Source: Hydrogenophilales bacterium RIFOXYD1_FULL_62_11 (GTDB lineage Bacteria; Pseudomonadota; Gammaproteobacteria; Burkholderiales; Thiobacillaceae). Taken from it: a stretch of 63,900 nucleotides of DNA. The position numbers were made by a program, and so were the translations under genes. The notes beneath the pieces were generated by a model. That model made no database searches, had not been told where the DNA came from, and saw only the letters and a program-made list of their open reading frames with translations. Location of the stretch: positions 32,117-96,016 of the forward strand of contig MGZO01000130.1 in assembly GCA_001802655.1 (NCBI GenBank), written 5' to 3'. Shown here in pieces: positions 49,021 through 58,979 of this stretch; the first letter of the stretch is position 1, and the number at the start of each line of letters is the position of its first letter.

Positions 49021-49765
49021 GCTTGTTCCTTTCACCAAAGAGTGCGGTGCCAACCCGCACGATCGTCGCGCCTTCCAGTATGGCGGCCTCCAGATCGGCC
49101 GACATGCCCATCGACAGGGTATCCAGCGCGTAACCACGTGCAATCAAGGCCTCGAATGCCTCGCGTACCTGCCGGAACGCAGCACGTTGGGCAGCGATGT
49201 CCGTCGCTGGCGCCGGAATGGCCATCACGCCCCGCAGCTGCAAACCCGGCAGCGCAGACATGGCTTGAGCCAGCGCAGGCAACTCGGCGACAGCCACCCC
49301 GCCCTTGCTGGCTTCGCCGCTCACATTCAGCTCGATACACACCTGCAGCGGCGGCACACCCGTCGGGCGCTGTGCCGACAGGCGCTCGGCGATTTTCAAG
49401 CGGTCGATGCTATGCACCCAGCTGAAGTTTTCAGCAATGGCGCGGGTTTTATTGCTCTGGATCGGGCCGATGAAATGCCATTCCAGCGGCAGATCGCGCA
49501 GTGCTTGTTGCTTGTCGAGTGCTTCCTGGACGTAGTTTTCACCGAATTCGCGCTGACCGCAGGCGGCCAGTTCGCGCACCGCCGGCGCGTCAAAGGTTTT
49601 GCTGACCGCCAGCAGGTGTACCGATGTCGCCTCGCGCCCGGCATCAGCAAGCGCCTGCCCGATCCGCGCCTGCACGCTGGATAAACGCCGGCTGAACGCT
49701 TCATGTGCAGGCGGTACGTCCGGCTCAAGTTCGCCCGTTTTCAGTCCGTTATTCATTGCGCTCAT
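49013..49765 (-). CDS. yggS: PLP homeostasis protein (start uncertain)
   Basis: LLAVSKT, FGENYVQE, WHFIGPIQSNK, SMGMS. Confidence 0.95.
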   Translation of the reverse strand: MSAMNNGLKTGELEPDVPPAHEAFSRRLSSVQARIGQALADAGREATSVHLLAVSKTFDAPAVRELAACGQREFGENYVQEALDKQQALRDLPLEWHFIGPIQSNKTRAIAENFSWVHSIDRLKIAERLSAQRPTGVPPLQVCIELNVSGEASKGGVAVAELPALAQAMSALPGLQLRGVMAIPAPATDIAAQRAAFRQVREAFEALIARGYALDTLSMGMSADLEAAILEGATIVRVGTALFGERNKHA

Positions 49766-49795
49766 TATCTTTCAAAACACCCAGCCGAGGCTTAC

Positions 49796-50839
49796 GTGGA
49801 TATTTCCGAATTATTGGCGTTTTCCGTCAAGAACAAAGCGTCCGACCTGCATCTGTCCGCCAGCCTGCCGCCGATGATCCGGGTGAACGGCGACGTCCGC
49901 CGCATCAACCTGCCGCCGATGGAACACAAGGACGTGCATCGCATGGTGTACGACATCATGAACGACGGCCAGCGCAAGGTGTACGAAGAAACGCTGGAAA
50001 TCGACTTCTCATTCGAAATTCCCTCGCTGGCGCGTTTCCGCGTCAACGCCTTCAACCAGCAATACGGCGCAGGCGCGGTGTTCCGCACCATTCCGTCCAA
50101 GGTGCTGTCGCTGGAAGAACTCAATTGCCCGCCCATTTTCAAGGAAATCTCCGACCAGCCGCGCGGCATCGTGCTGGTGACCGGCCCGACCGGTTCGGGC
50201 AAGTCGACCACGCTGGCGGCAATGATGGATTACATCAACGAGAACAACTACGCGCACATCCTCACCGTCGAGGATCCGATCGAATTCGTGCACCAGAGCA
50301 AGAAATGCCTGATCAACCAGCGCGAAGTCGGCCCGCACACGCTGTCGTTCAACAACGCCTTGCGCTCGGCGCTGCGCGAAGACCCGGACGTCATCCTGGT
50401 GGGCGAATTGCGCGATCTGGAAACCATTCGCCTCGCGCTGACGGCAGCTGAAACCGGCCACCTGGTGTTCGGCACCCTGCACACGTCCAGCGCAGCAAAA
50501 ACCATCGACCGCGTGGTCGACGTGTTCCCGGCGGCCGAAAAGGAAATGGTGCGCTCGATGCTGTCTGAATCGCTGCGCGCCGTCATCTCGCAAACCCTGC
50601 TCAAGACCAAGGACGGCAACGGCCGCGTGGCGGCGCACGAAATCATGATCGGCACCCCGGCGATCCGCAACCTGATTCGTGAAGGCAAGGTGGCGCAGAT
50701 GTATTCTGCTATCCAGACCGGCGGCAACATCGGCATGCAGACCCTCGACCAATGCCTGCAGGATCTGGTGAAGCGCAATGTCATTGCGTCGGGCGTCGCG
50801 CGCAGCGCGGCGCAAAACAAGGACTCTTTCCTGGGATAA
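49796..50839 (+). CDS. pilT: Type IV pilus retraction ATPase
   Basis: ASDLHLS, GPTGSGKST, AIRNLIRE motif; GTG start. Confidence 0.96.
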   Translation: MDISELLAFSVKNKASDLHLSASLPPMIRVNGDVRRINLPPMEHKDVHRMVYDIMNDGQRKVYEETLEIDFSFEIPSLARFRVNAFNQQYGAGAVFRTIPSKVLSLEELNCPPIFKEISDQPRGIVLVTGPTGSGKSTTLAAMMDYINENNYAHILTVEDPIEFVHQSKKCLINQREVGPHTLSFNNALRSALREDPDVILVGELRDLETIRLALTAAETGHLVFGTLHTSSAAKTIDRVVDVFPAAEKEMVRSMLSESLRAVISQTLLKTKDGNGRVAAHEIMIGTPAIRNLIREGKVAQMYSAIQTGGNIGMQTLDQCLQDLVKRNVIASGVARSAAQNKDSFLG

Positions 50840-50864
50840 CCCGGACTGGCTAAGGACTGAAACG

Positions 50865-51992
50865 ATGAATGCTGAAAAAACCATCCACGACCTGCTGCGC
50901 CTGATGCTGGCGAAAAATGCGTCCGACTTGTTCATCACGGCGGGCTTCCCCCCCGCATTCAAGGTCGACGGCAAAATCACCCCGGTCTCGAACCAGACCC
51001 TGACGCCGGCCCACACCAGCGAGTTGGCCCGCTCGATCATGAACGAGCGGCAATGGAGCGATTTCGAAGCGACCAACGAGTCCAATTTCGCCATCAGCCC
51101 GCCCGAAATCGGCCGCTTCCGCGTCAACGTGTTCGTGCAGCAGGGCCGCGTCGGCATCGTGATGCGGACGATCGTGACCAAGATCCCCAAGATGGCCGAC
51201 CTCAATCTGCCGCCGATCATGAGTGATGTCGCGATGATCAAGCGGGGTCTGGTGATTTTCGTCGGCGCGACCGGTTCCGGTAAGTCGACCTCACTCGCCG
51301 CCCTGATCGGCCACCGCAACGAACATGCGCATGACCACATCATCACGGTCGAAGACCCGATCGAATACGTGCACGAGCACAACAAGTCCATCATCACCCA
51401 GCGCGAAGTCGGCATCGACACCGACAACTGGTTCTCGGCGCTAAAGAACACCTTGCGGCAGGCACCCGACGTCATCCTGATCGGCGAAATTCGCGATCGT
51501 GAGACCATGGAATACGCCATCGCCTTCGCCGAAACCGGTCACCTCTGTCTGTCGACGCTGCACGCCAACAGCGCCAACCAGGCGCTCGACCGCATCATCA
51601 ACTTCTTCCCGGAAGAACGGCGCGACCAGCTGCTGATGGACTTGTCGCTCAACCTCAAGGCCTTCATCTCGCAGCGGCTGATCCCGCGCAAGGGCATCGC
51701 AGGGCGCGTGGCCGCAGTCGAAATCCTGCTCAATTCGCCCTTGATCGCCGACCTGATCTTCAAAGGAGATGTCCATGAAATCAAGGAGATCATGAAGAAG
51801 TCACGCGAACTCGGGATGCAAACCTTCGACCAGGCGCTGTTCGATCTTTACGAGGCGGGCATGATCAGCTACGAGGATGCCCTGCGGAACGCCGACAGCC
51901 TCAACGACCTGCGCCTGCAGATCAAGCTGCACGGCCAGGAGGCCAAAGGGCGCGACATGATGGCGGGGCTGGATCACCTCGGCATCGTCTAG
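50865..51992 (+). CDS. pilU: Type IV pilus retraction ATPase PilU
   Basis: ASDLFIT, GATGSGKST, TLHANSANQ, GMQTFDQAL. Confidence 0.93.
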   Translation: MNAEKTIHDLLRLMLAKNASDLFITAGFPPAFKVDGKITPVSNQTLTPAHTSELARSIMNERQWSDFEATNESNFAISPPEIGRFRVNVFVQQGRVGIVMRTIVTKIPKMADLNLPPIMSDVAMIKRGLVIFVGATGSGKSTSLAALIGHRNEHAHDHIITVEDPIEYVHEHNKSIITQREVGIDTDNWFSALKNTLRQAPDVILIGEIRDRETMEYAIAFAETGHLCLSTLHANSANQALDRIINFFPEERRDQLLMDLSLNLKAFISQRLIPRKGIAGRVAAVEILLNSPLIADLIFKGDVHEIKEIMKKSRELGMQTFDQALFDLYEAGMISYEDALRNADSLNDLRLQIKLHGQEAKGRDMMAGLDHLGIV

Positions 51993-52120
51993 CCAGGCGG
52001 GTTAATCAGGGTTGAGACGGCTGTCGGCAAGACCTCGATCGCCTCAGCGGCCGCTTTCAGCGCCGCATCTTGGCTGCCGTATTACGTTCCCCTATGCATC
52101 GGAAATCGAGACAGAACCGC

Positions 52121-53008
52121 TCAGGCATTCAGCATGACGTAACGATCGCGTCCGCCGCGCTTGCCGGCATAAAGCGCCTGGTCAGCCCGGTCAATCACCT
52201 CGTCAATAAATTCGCCGTTCTGTGCTTGGGTCAGCCCCAGGGTAATCGTCAACCTGATCGGCTCCGCGCCGGAATCCAGCAGCAGTGGCGTATTGCGCAC
52301 CTGTTCGACGATCCGTTTTGCCGCAATGGTGGCGGCCTCAGGCGATGGACACTGCATCATCAGCAAAAACTCTTCCCCACCAAAGCGAAACAGGGGTTCA
52401 TTCGGTCGCAGTGCACTGCTCAGGCTGCGCGTCAAATGCTGTAACGCCCTGTCCCCCACTGCATGGCCATATTGATCGTTGATGTTCTTGAAGTGATCGA
52501 CATCGATCATCGCCAGATAAAGCTGGGTCCCCTCGCGCCTCACCACTTTCTGCGCCTGCATAAACTCGTCCTCGATTCCGAAGCGCAAGGGCAAGCCGGT
52601 GAGCGGGTCATTACACATGGCCTCAGCCAGGAATTGCGTCTTGAACCAGGCCATCAAGCCAATCAACTCGGACTGGCTTTGCTCAAACGTCTCCAGATCA
52701 GCGCTGGCACCAGGCTGTCCGGCCAGAATGTTGACGCACAGGGCCCGGATGGCATCGTGCATGGTCTGGTGCACAGCCTCAAGCTCCTGTGTCTTGCGTG
52801 CGTTCAGCTTTTCGAAATGGGGCCGCTGCAATGCAATCCAGTGACCGAACCGACACAGCATGTGCGCTTCGCTCGCCAGCACGTCGTCCCCGGGCGAGGC
52901 TCGCAATACCGCGCAACGCATGACACGACGCGTCCAGCCCAGATGCGCCTCCACCGCTGCATCCAACTCGATGATGAAATGTCTCGTTTCGCCCGACAGG
53001 TTAGGCAT
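52121..53008 (-). CDS. CZB-GGDEF diguanylate cyclase (DgcZ-like)
   Basis: CZB ligands in AHLGW, HMLCRFGHW and HQTMH; RPNE; GGEEF; GGAG RBS before ATG 53008. Confidence 0.88.
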   Translation of the reverse strand: MPNLSGETRHFIIELDAAVEAHLGWTRRVMRCAVLRASPGDDVLASEAHMLCRFGHWIALQRPHFEKLNARKTQELEAVHQTMHDAIRALCVNILAGQPGASADLETFEQSQSELIGLMAWFKTQFLAEAMCNDPLTGLPLRFGIEDEFMQAQKVVRREGTQLYLAMIDVDHFKNINDQYGHAVGDRALQHLTRSLSSALRPNEPLFRFGGEEFLLMMQCPSPEAATIAAKRIVEQVRNTPLLLDSGAEPIRLTITLGLTQAQNGEFIDEVIDRADQALYAGKRGGRDRYVMLNA

Positions 53009-53096
53009 GGGCCTGCTCCGCTTATTTGTATTCAAGCCTTAATTGTTCAAATCGTGCGCGTTTACGAAACATTCGTCCAGCCCGGACACGTGAACT

Positions 53097-54326
53097 TCAG
53101 TCTGGCGGTGGCACCGCTTTCACTGGCCGCATTGACCCGGCAATCACCTTGTAGTGCAGGAAACGGGTTTCGATCATTCCATTGAATAGCGGAATGCGGC
53201 GGCTGGCCTTTAGGCCCATCAGCTTGGGCAGCAAGGGATCGCCGGAAATGATCCAGGCATCCCAGCCGCTGAAGCCTTTCTTCAGCCAGTCGCCCAGCTG
53301 CGGATACCAGTCAGCCAGATCGTCAGCCTCGCCCAGACGTTCGCCGTAGGGCGGGTTGGTGACAATGGTGCCGGTTGGCGTGGGCGGCGTCAGTTCAAGA
53401 ACATCCGAGACTTGCAGCTCGATCACGTCGGCATAACCGGCTGCGACCAGATTGTTCTTCGCCTTATCGAGCACCCAGCGATCCTGGTCCGAACCAAATA
53501 TCGGCAGCTTCCTGAGCGGCTTTTCCTTCGCTTTCGCCTCGGCCTGGATGCGTTTCCACAACGCCGCATCGAAGTCGCGATAGTGCTCGAACGCAAAATG
53601 CCGTCCGCGTCCCGGCGCACGGTTCAAGGCCATGTCGGCCGCCTCGATCAGGATGGTGCCTGCGCCGCACATCGGGTCGAGCAGTGGCGTACCCGGTTCC
53701 CAACCAGACAGCATCAACAGGCCGGCGGCGAGGTTTTCCTTGATCGACGCCTCGCTCGCTTCAAGCTTGAAGCCCCGCTTGAACAGGGGAACGCCGCTGG
53801 TGTCGAGATAAAACGTCACCGCATCCGGTGTGAAGAATGCATACACCGGCACATCGGGCGACTCGGTGTCGACGCTCGGGCGTTCGCGCGTTTCCTCGCG
53901 GAAGCGGTCGCAAATCGCGTCCTTGATTTTGAGGGTGATGAAATTGAGGCTTTTCAGCGGCGCATTCTGCGCGCCCACTTTGATGGCTATGGTTTTATTG
54001 ACGCTGAACCACGACGGCCACGGCAGATCGAGCGCCGCGCGATAGATGTGCTCTTCCTTGTGATAACGCGTAAAACCGACCTTGCGCAGGATGCGCGTGG
54101 CAATCCTTGAATTGAGGTTGGCGCGCATCTCGGCGGCGGCATCCGCCATGAACAGCACCCCGGCGGGCAGCTGGCGCACGATTTGCGCGCCCGCGGCGAT
54201 GAGCTCAGCTTCCAGCAAGGGCTCCAGTCCACGCGGGCAGGTGGCGAAATGGCTGGCAGGCGGCAACACATCGCGCTCGGGACGGACGGGATGCGTTTTC
54301 TTGGGACGACGGGTATCAGGTTTCAA
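53097..54326 (-). CDS. THUMP-domain RNA methyltransferase (RlmL-like)
   Basis: ATCPRGLE, DPMCGAGT, NPPYGERL. Confidence 0.9.
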   Translation of the reverse strand: MKPDTRRPKKTHPVRPERDVLPPASHFATCPRGLEPLLEAELIAAGAQIVRQLPAGVLFMADAAAEMRANLNSRIATRILRKVGFTRYHKEEHIYRAALDLPWPSWFSVNKTIAIKVGAQNAPLKSLNFITLKIKDAICDRFREETRERPSVDTESPDVPVYAFFTPDAVTFYLDTSGVPLFKRGFKLEASEASIKENLAAGLLMLSGWEPGTPLLDPMCGAGTILIEAADMALNRAPGRGRHFAFEHYRDFDAALWKRIQAEAKAKEKPLRKLPIFGSDQDRWVLDKAKNNLVAAGYADVIELQVSDVLELTPPTPTGTIVTNPPYGERLGEADDLADWYPQLGDWLKKGFSGWDAWIISGDPLLPKLMGLKASRRIPLFNGMIETRFLHYKVIAGSMRPVKAVPPPD

Positions 54327-54346
54327 ACAACGCTTTCAGGAAAGAA

Positions 54347-54760
54347 TTAAAACGGCTTCAGCACCACCAGCAGCACGATCACCAGCAGCACGATCACGGG
54401 AATTTCATTGAACCAGCGGAACCATATATGCGACTTGGTGTTCTCATGGGCTTCGAACTGGCGCAGACGCTTGCCGCACTCATGGTGATAGCCGATCAGA
54501 CCGGCGACCAGCACAAGTTTCACCCACAGCCAGTTCATGCTGAGCGGAAAATACGCCAGCCACAACCAGCTGCCGGTAATCAGCGTCAGCCACATGATGG
54601 GGGTAACGAAGCGATACAATTTGCGCGCCATCAACAGCAGGCGGTCATAGGCCACATCGTGCGTTTCCATCGCCAGATTGACGAACAGGCGCGGCAGATA
54701 AAACAGGCCGGCAAACCAGCTCACCACCATCACGATATGAAACGCTTTCAGCCACAACAT
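54347..54760 (-). CDS. hemJ: Protoporphyrinogen oxidase HemJ
   Basis: WLKAFHI...WFAGLFYLPRLFV, RWFNEIP, LVVLKPF. Confidence 0.9.
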   Translation of the reverse strand: MLWLKAFHIVMVVSWFAGLFYLPRLFVNLAMETHDVAYDRLLLMARKLYRFVTPIMWLTLITGSWLWLAYFPLSMNWLWVKLVLVAGLIGYHHECGKRLRQFEAHENTKSHIWFRWFNEIPVIVLLVIVLLVVLKPF

Positions 54761-55307
54761 GGATAAACACGCCGCCAATCTAATAAAAACAGCTAAAAAG
54801 TGGACGCCGAGTCCACTGACCCTGATTTTACTGGGTTTAATCGCCTGGCTGTGGTTTCGCCCGCCGGCTGACGTCAGCGACGAAAACCGTGCGGTATCGT
54901 CCTGGCAGGTCACCCTGCCCGACGGTCACGTGCTGACGAGCGAGGCGCTCAAAGGCAAAGTCGTTCTGGTGAACTTCTGGGCGACCTGGTGCCCCTATTG
55001 CCGCAAGGAAAAACCGGTAATCGATGCGTTCTGGCAGGACACGCGCGGCAAGGGGTTCGAAGTCATCTCGATCAGCGTCGACGACTCGCCCGAGAAAATC
55101 GCCGCCTGGATGAAGGATAAGGGTTACACGTTCATGGCCGCGCCCACCAACACCTCGGTGATTGCAGCGTTCGGCAATGTCTCGAGCGTGCCGACTTCGT
55201 TCATTCTCGATGCCGATGGCCATATTCGCCACAAGGTTGCCGGGCAGCTGCATGCTGCCCGGCTGGAAAAACTCGTCACGCCATTGCTGAAAGCCCCCAC
55301 GCCATGA
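54759..55307 (+). CDS. TlpA-family disulfide reductase
   Basis: N-terminal TM; GKVVLVNFWATWCPYC; PTSF. Confidence 0.9.
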   Translation: MDKHAANLIKTAKKWTPSPLTLILLGLIAWLWFRPPADVSDENRAVSSWQVTLPDGHVLTSEALKGKVVLVNFWATWCPYCRKEKPVIDAFWQDTRGKGFEVISISVDDSPEKIAAWMKDKGYTFMAAPTNTSVIAAFGNVSSVPTSFILDADGHIRHKVAGQLHAARLEKLVTPLLKAPTP

Positions 55308-55537
55308 TCGAAATACCCGACAGCCTTACGGCTTGGGCACAGGCCCGGCTCACCGAAGTCGAAGCCAAGCTTGCTTTTGCCGAAGACATGATCGAATCAC
55401 TCAACCAGATCGTCATTCGCCAGCAGGCGCAACTCGATTCCATGCAGCAGCAACTGCGCCTGCTGCATCAACGGATCAAGGATGTCACGCCGGATGAGAC
55501 GCTCAGCTTGCGCAACGAGATTCCGCCGCATTACTGA
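55304..55537 (+). CDS. slyX: SlyX family protein
   Basis: E.KLAF.ED.IE.LN...QQ, C-terminal PPHY. Confidence 0.9.
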   Translation: MIEIPDSLTAWAQARLTEVEAKLAFAEDMIESLNQIVIRQQAQLDSMQQQLRLLHQRIKDVTPDETLSLRNEIPPHY

Positions 55538-55553
55538 CAGCCGCAGCGCCAGA

Positions 55554-58436
55554 TCAGTTGGCAGCCACCGTGCGAACACGCGGGAGCAAAGGCGCTTCAA
55601 GCAGCAGCGGCACCAGCTCACCTTCCGGCATGGGCCGGGCATAGTAATACCCTTGAGCAAGCAAGCAGCCGTGCTGCAGCAGAAAAGCCTCCTGGTCGGC
55701 ATGCTCGACGCCTTCCGCGACCACCCTCAGGTCGAGGCTGGCCGACAGCGCAAGGATGGCCTGAACGATGGCGGCGTCGTCCTTGTCCCCGGCAATGTCG
55801 CGGATGAAACTGCGATCGATCTTGAGTTCGCTGATCGGCAACAGCTTCAAGCGGCTGAGCGAGGAATGGCCGGTGCCAAAGTCGTCAATGGCGATGCTGA
55901 CACCGATCTGGCGTAGCGCGGTCAAGATATCCAGGCCGACCGTCTCGCTTTCCATGATGCTGCTTTCGGTCAGCTCCAGCACAATCCACTTGGCCGGCAC
56001 ACCGATTTCAACCAGCATTTCCGCCAATCGCCGGGGCAGATCCTTCTGCAGCAACTGCTTGCCGGACAAATTGATGTGCATGACAAAGCCATCGAGCGAA
56101 ATACCCTGTTCATCCCAGCGTTTCAGCGCCAGACAGGCTTCGCGGACCACCCACTCGCCCATGGGGATGATCAGGCCGGTATCTTCTGCAATGGGAATGA
56201 AATGGTCGGGCGGAATGGCGCCCTCCTCTGGATCGTGCCAGCGCAGCAAGGCCTCCGCGCCGCAAATACGCCGGCTTTCCAGGTTGATCAGGGGCTGGTA
56301 GTACACCTCCAGGGCGCGCTGCTCGAACGCGCTGCGCAATCTGGACTCCAGATGGATTCGTCGCATCACGCGCTCAGTGATGCCCTTTTCATAGAAATGA
56401 AACGTGTTGCGCCCACTCTCCTTAGCCTTGTACATGGCGGCATCGGCATGCTTCATGAGCGTCTCGGCATCCTTGCCGTCCTGCGGGTACAGGCTGATGC
56501 CGATACTGGCGGAAATATGCAGCGGGTAGTCGCCGATGACCAGGACCTTCTCCAGGGCATGAATAATTTTCTCCGCCACAATCGCAGCATCCTGACCGTC
56601 CCGCAGGTCTTCGAGCAGAACAACGAACTCGTCCCCCCCCTGGCGGGACAGGGTGTCCACTTCCCGCACCAGCATTTTCAGGCGGTCAGCCGCAGCCTGT
56701 AACACGGCATCGCCGACGGCATGCCCAAGGCTGTCGTTGATCGTCTTGAACCTGTCCAGATCAATAGACAGCAAAGCCATCCAGTTTCCCGCGCGGTCGG
56801 CCCGGCTGGCGGCATGGGTCAATCGATCGAGCAACAGCGCCCGATTCGGCAAACCGGTCAACGCATCGTGATACGCGATGTACTCCAGGTGCGCATCCTT
56901 CTCCTGCAACGCCTGCTCCGCCAGTTTCCACTCGGTGATGTCCTGCACGATACCGATCATGCGTGCGGGTTTGCCCTGGTTGTCCAGCAGCACTTCCGCA
57001 TTTTCGTGCACGATTCGGACTGCACCATCCGAACGCACGATTCGGTGATCGATCTCGTAAGGCGCCCCGGTTTCCAGGGCGCGTCCCACTGCAGCATTAA
57101 CCGCTTTTTGGTCATCGGGGTGCACCCGCGCCATGAATGCCTCGTAACTGGCGTCGAACTCGGCCTGCTGGATACCAAACAGACGGTAAATGCCCTCTGA
57201 CCAGAACAGCCGGTTCTCGCCAATCTGCCAATCCCAGTTGCCCATATTGGCGATGCGCTGTGCCCGGTCGAGACTGTCCTTGGTTTCACCCAGCTGTTGC
57301 GAGGCGCGCGCGATTTGTCGATTCTTTCTGACAAACAACAGCAGGGACGATGCCAGGCTGACCAGCAGCAGGGTGATCAGGCCATACAGCGTGCCGAGAA
57401 TGATCCGACGATTGGTTTCATAGAAGGTGGGCAAGGTATTGACCAGCGTCACCTGCCCAGCAATGTCCTTGGGAAAAATGAGTCCTGCCTTCAACAATTC
57501 AGTTTCATCCACAACGTATTCGTTGGGGCTCGCCTCGATCGGCGGGAGCTCGGATACGGCGCTGCCGTTCAAATGCCGGACAAGCAATCCGGCTGCGGCA
57601 CGCCCCTGGCGCGGGCCGCTGGTGACATAGCCGCCGATCACCCCCGGATAGAGATAGGCATCTTCCATACTGAACACGACGAATTGACCCGCATTCACGA
57701 TAGCCTTGATCGTTTCGGACAGCGCAAGCGTGCGGCCATTGTGGTCGGTGACGGCGCCCAGCGTGGTCAAAAACACAAAGCGCCCCTTTTGCTTCCGCAA
57801 CCGTTCGATCAGGTCATCGATCCGGTTACTGGAGAGAAAGCTGGCGTGAATGTCGGCGTGGTGCTGCAGCTCCGCGCGAATCTCGCTTTCGATCGCCCGA
57901 TAGGTCTCGGTCGCGTCGCCGACGATGGCGATCTCCTTGATACCTGAATCGATTTCGCGCATCAGGTGCAAATTGGGGGCGATCTCCTTTTTTTCGAACA
58001 CCCCCGTCGTGTGCGCGGGATCAAGTTGCCGCCTGACGTCGTAATTGTTGACCCCGGAAAAGAAAACCGGCACACCGGGGAACACCCGGCCCAGATGGGA
58101 CAGCGCAAAGGACAAGGCGTTGTCGTCGGTGACGTAAACCGCCGCCGGCTGATATCCCTTGTATTTTTGCCGCAAATGATCGCCAATCAGGTCGGCATAG
58201 GCCGGGCTGTAACCCGCTCGTTTGGTGTCGAGATACTCCACATTGAGGGCATATGCCCGCGAGGCATCTTCATTCAGAGCCTGGACGAAGCCCTGATGCT
58301 GGCCCTTGCTCCACGGGTATTCCTGGCTGTAGGCGTGCAGGACGAAGACGGGTGTTGGAACGGACGCGTGGGTATGGAAACTAAAGGCCAACAGAAACAG
58401 CAGGGCAAGACGCATGGGTATCAACAATCTGGTCAC
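55554..58436 (-). CDS. Periplasmic binding domain-PAS-GGDEF-EAL protein
   Basis: Signal sequence, substrate-binding-like domain (EYLDTKR), TM, PAS, GGDEF, EALLRW, DDFGTG; start GTG 58436 or ATG 58415. Confidence 0.92.
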   Translation of the reverse strand: MTRLLIPMRLALLFLLAFSFHTHASVPTPVFVLHAYSQEYPWSKGQHQGFVQALNEDASRAYALNVEYLDTKRAGYSPAYADLIGDHLRQKYKGYQPAAVYVTDDNALSFALSHLGRVFPGVPVFFSGVNNYDVRRQLDPAHTTGVFEKKEIAPNLHLMREIDSGIKEIAIVGDATETYRAIESEIRAELQHHADIHASFLSSNRIDDLIERLRKQKGRFVFLTTLGAVTDHNGRTLALSETIKAIVNAGQFVVFSMEDAYLYPGVIGGYVTSGPRQGRAAAGLLVRHLNGSAVSELPPIEASPNEYVVDETELLKAGLIFPKDIAGQVTLVNTLPTFYETNRRIILGTLYGLITLLLVSLASSLLLFVRKNRQIARASQQLGETKDSLDRAQRIANMGNWDWQIGENRLFWSEGIYRLFGIQQAEFDASYEAFMARVHPDDQKAVNAAVGRALETGAPYEIDHRIVRSDGAVRIVHENAEVLLDNQGKPARMIGIVQDITEWKLAEQALQEKDAHLEYIAYHDALTGLPNRALLLDRLTHAASRADRAGNWMALLSIDLDRFKTINDSLGHAVGDAVLQAAADRLKMLVREVDTLSRQGGDEFVVLLEDLRDGQDAAIVAEKIIHALEKVLVIGDYPLHISASIGISLYPQDGKDAETLMKHADAAMYKAKESGRNTFHFYEKGITERVMRRIHLESRLRSAFEQRALEVYYQPLINLESRRICGAEALLRWHDPEEGAIPPDHFIPIAEDTGLIIPMGEWVVREACLALKRWDEQGISLDGFVMHINLSGKQLLQKDLPRRLAEMLVEIGVPAKWIVLELTESSIMESETVGLDILTALRQIGVSIAIDDFGTGHSSLSRLKLLPISELKIDRSFIRDIAGDKDDAAIVQAILALSASLDLRVVAEGVEHADQEAFLLQHGCLLAQGYYYARPMPEGELVPLLLEAPLLPRVRTVAAN

Positions 58437-58510
58437 CCACGTATTACGGTCACACTCGCCACTCCTTGAGCGAGCGCGTGTCGCCCTCTCGGCAGAGGGA
58501 CCCGTTCCCC

Positions 58511-58957
58511 CTATAGCGCGATCTTGACCACCACCTTGCGGATCAAGCCTGTGCTCACCAGCGGCGCATGCGCATCGTCCGGAAAGAACAGACAGAACGA
58601 CCCGGCGGGAGTGGCAATCCAGCTTGACGGCACATCGTTGAAAAAGCGGATGTCGCGCGCAGCATCGTAACCCGTCGCCGGATCCACGCACCCGGCCAGC
58701 GGCTTCCAGCCCATTTCGTCGACGCCTTCCAGCACCAGCTGGATGTCGATATAGCGGCGATGGCATTCCAGCCGTGCCTCCGCCCGCGTGCGGCCCGCAC
58801 ACGCCTCGGCTATGGCGAAAATCTGTTCGCCCTGAACAGGGTGCTTGCCGCTTGGCAACGATTGCAAATCGGTGCCACGCAAGAACGCAAATGCGCGCGA
58901 AAAAAGCGGATGCAAGGTGAGATAACGGTCAGCGTGGGCAAGGGTGTCGAGAATCAT
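58511..58957 (-). CDS. YhcH/YjgK/YiaL family protein
   Basis: LECHRRYIDIQ, FFPDDAHAP, RKVVVKI. Confidence 0.9.
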   Translation of the reverse strand: MILDTLAHADRYLTLHPLFSRAFAFLRGTDLQSLPSGKHPVQGEQIFAIAEACAGRTRAEARLECHRRYIDIQLVLEGVDEMGWKPLAGCVDPATGYDAARDIRFFNDVPSSWIATPAGSFCLFFPDDAHAPLVSTGLIRKVVVKIAL

Positions 58958-58979
58958 CGGCGTTCTTTCGGCCAGGGCT

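Noticed and set aside
58437-58802. N-terminal extension of the 1082-aa ORF
   Set aside because: Overlaps the YhcH-family gene; the signal sequence starts near 58436-58415.
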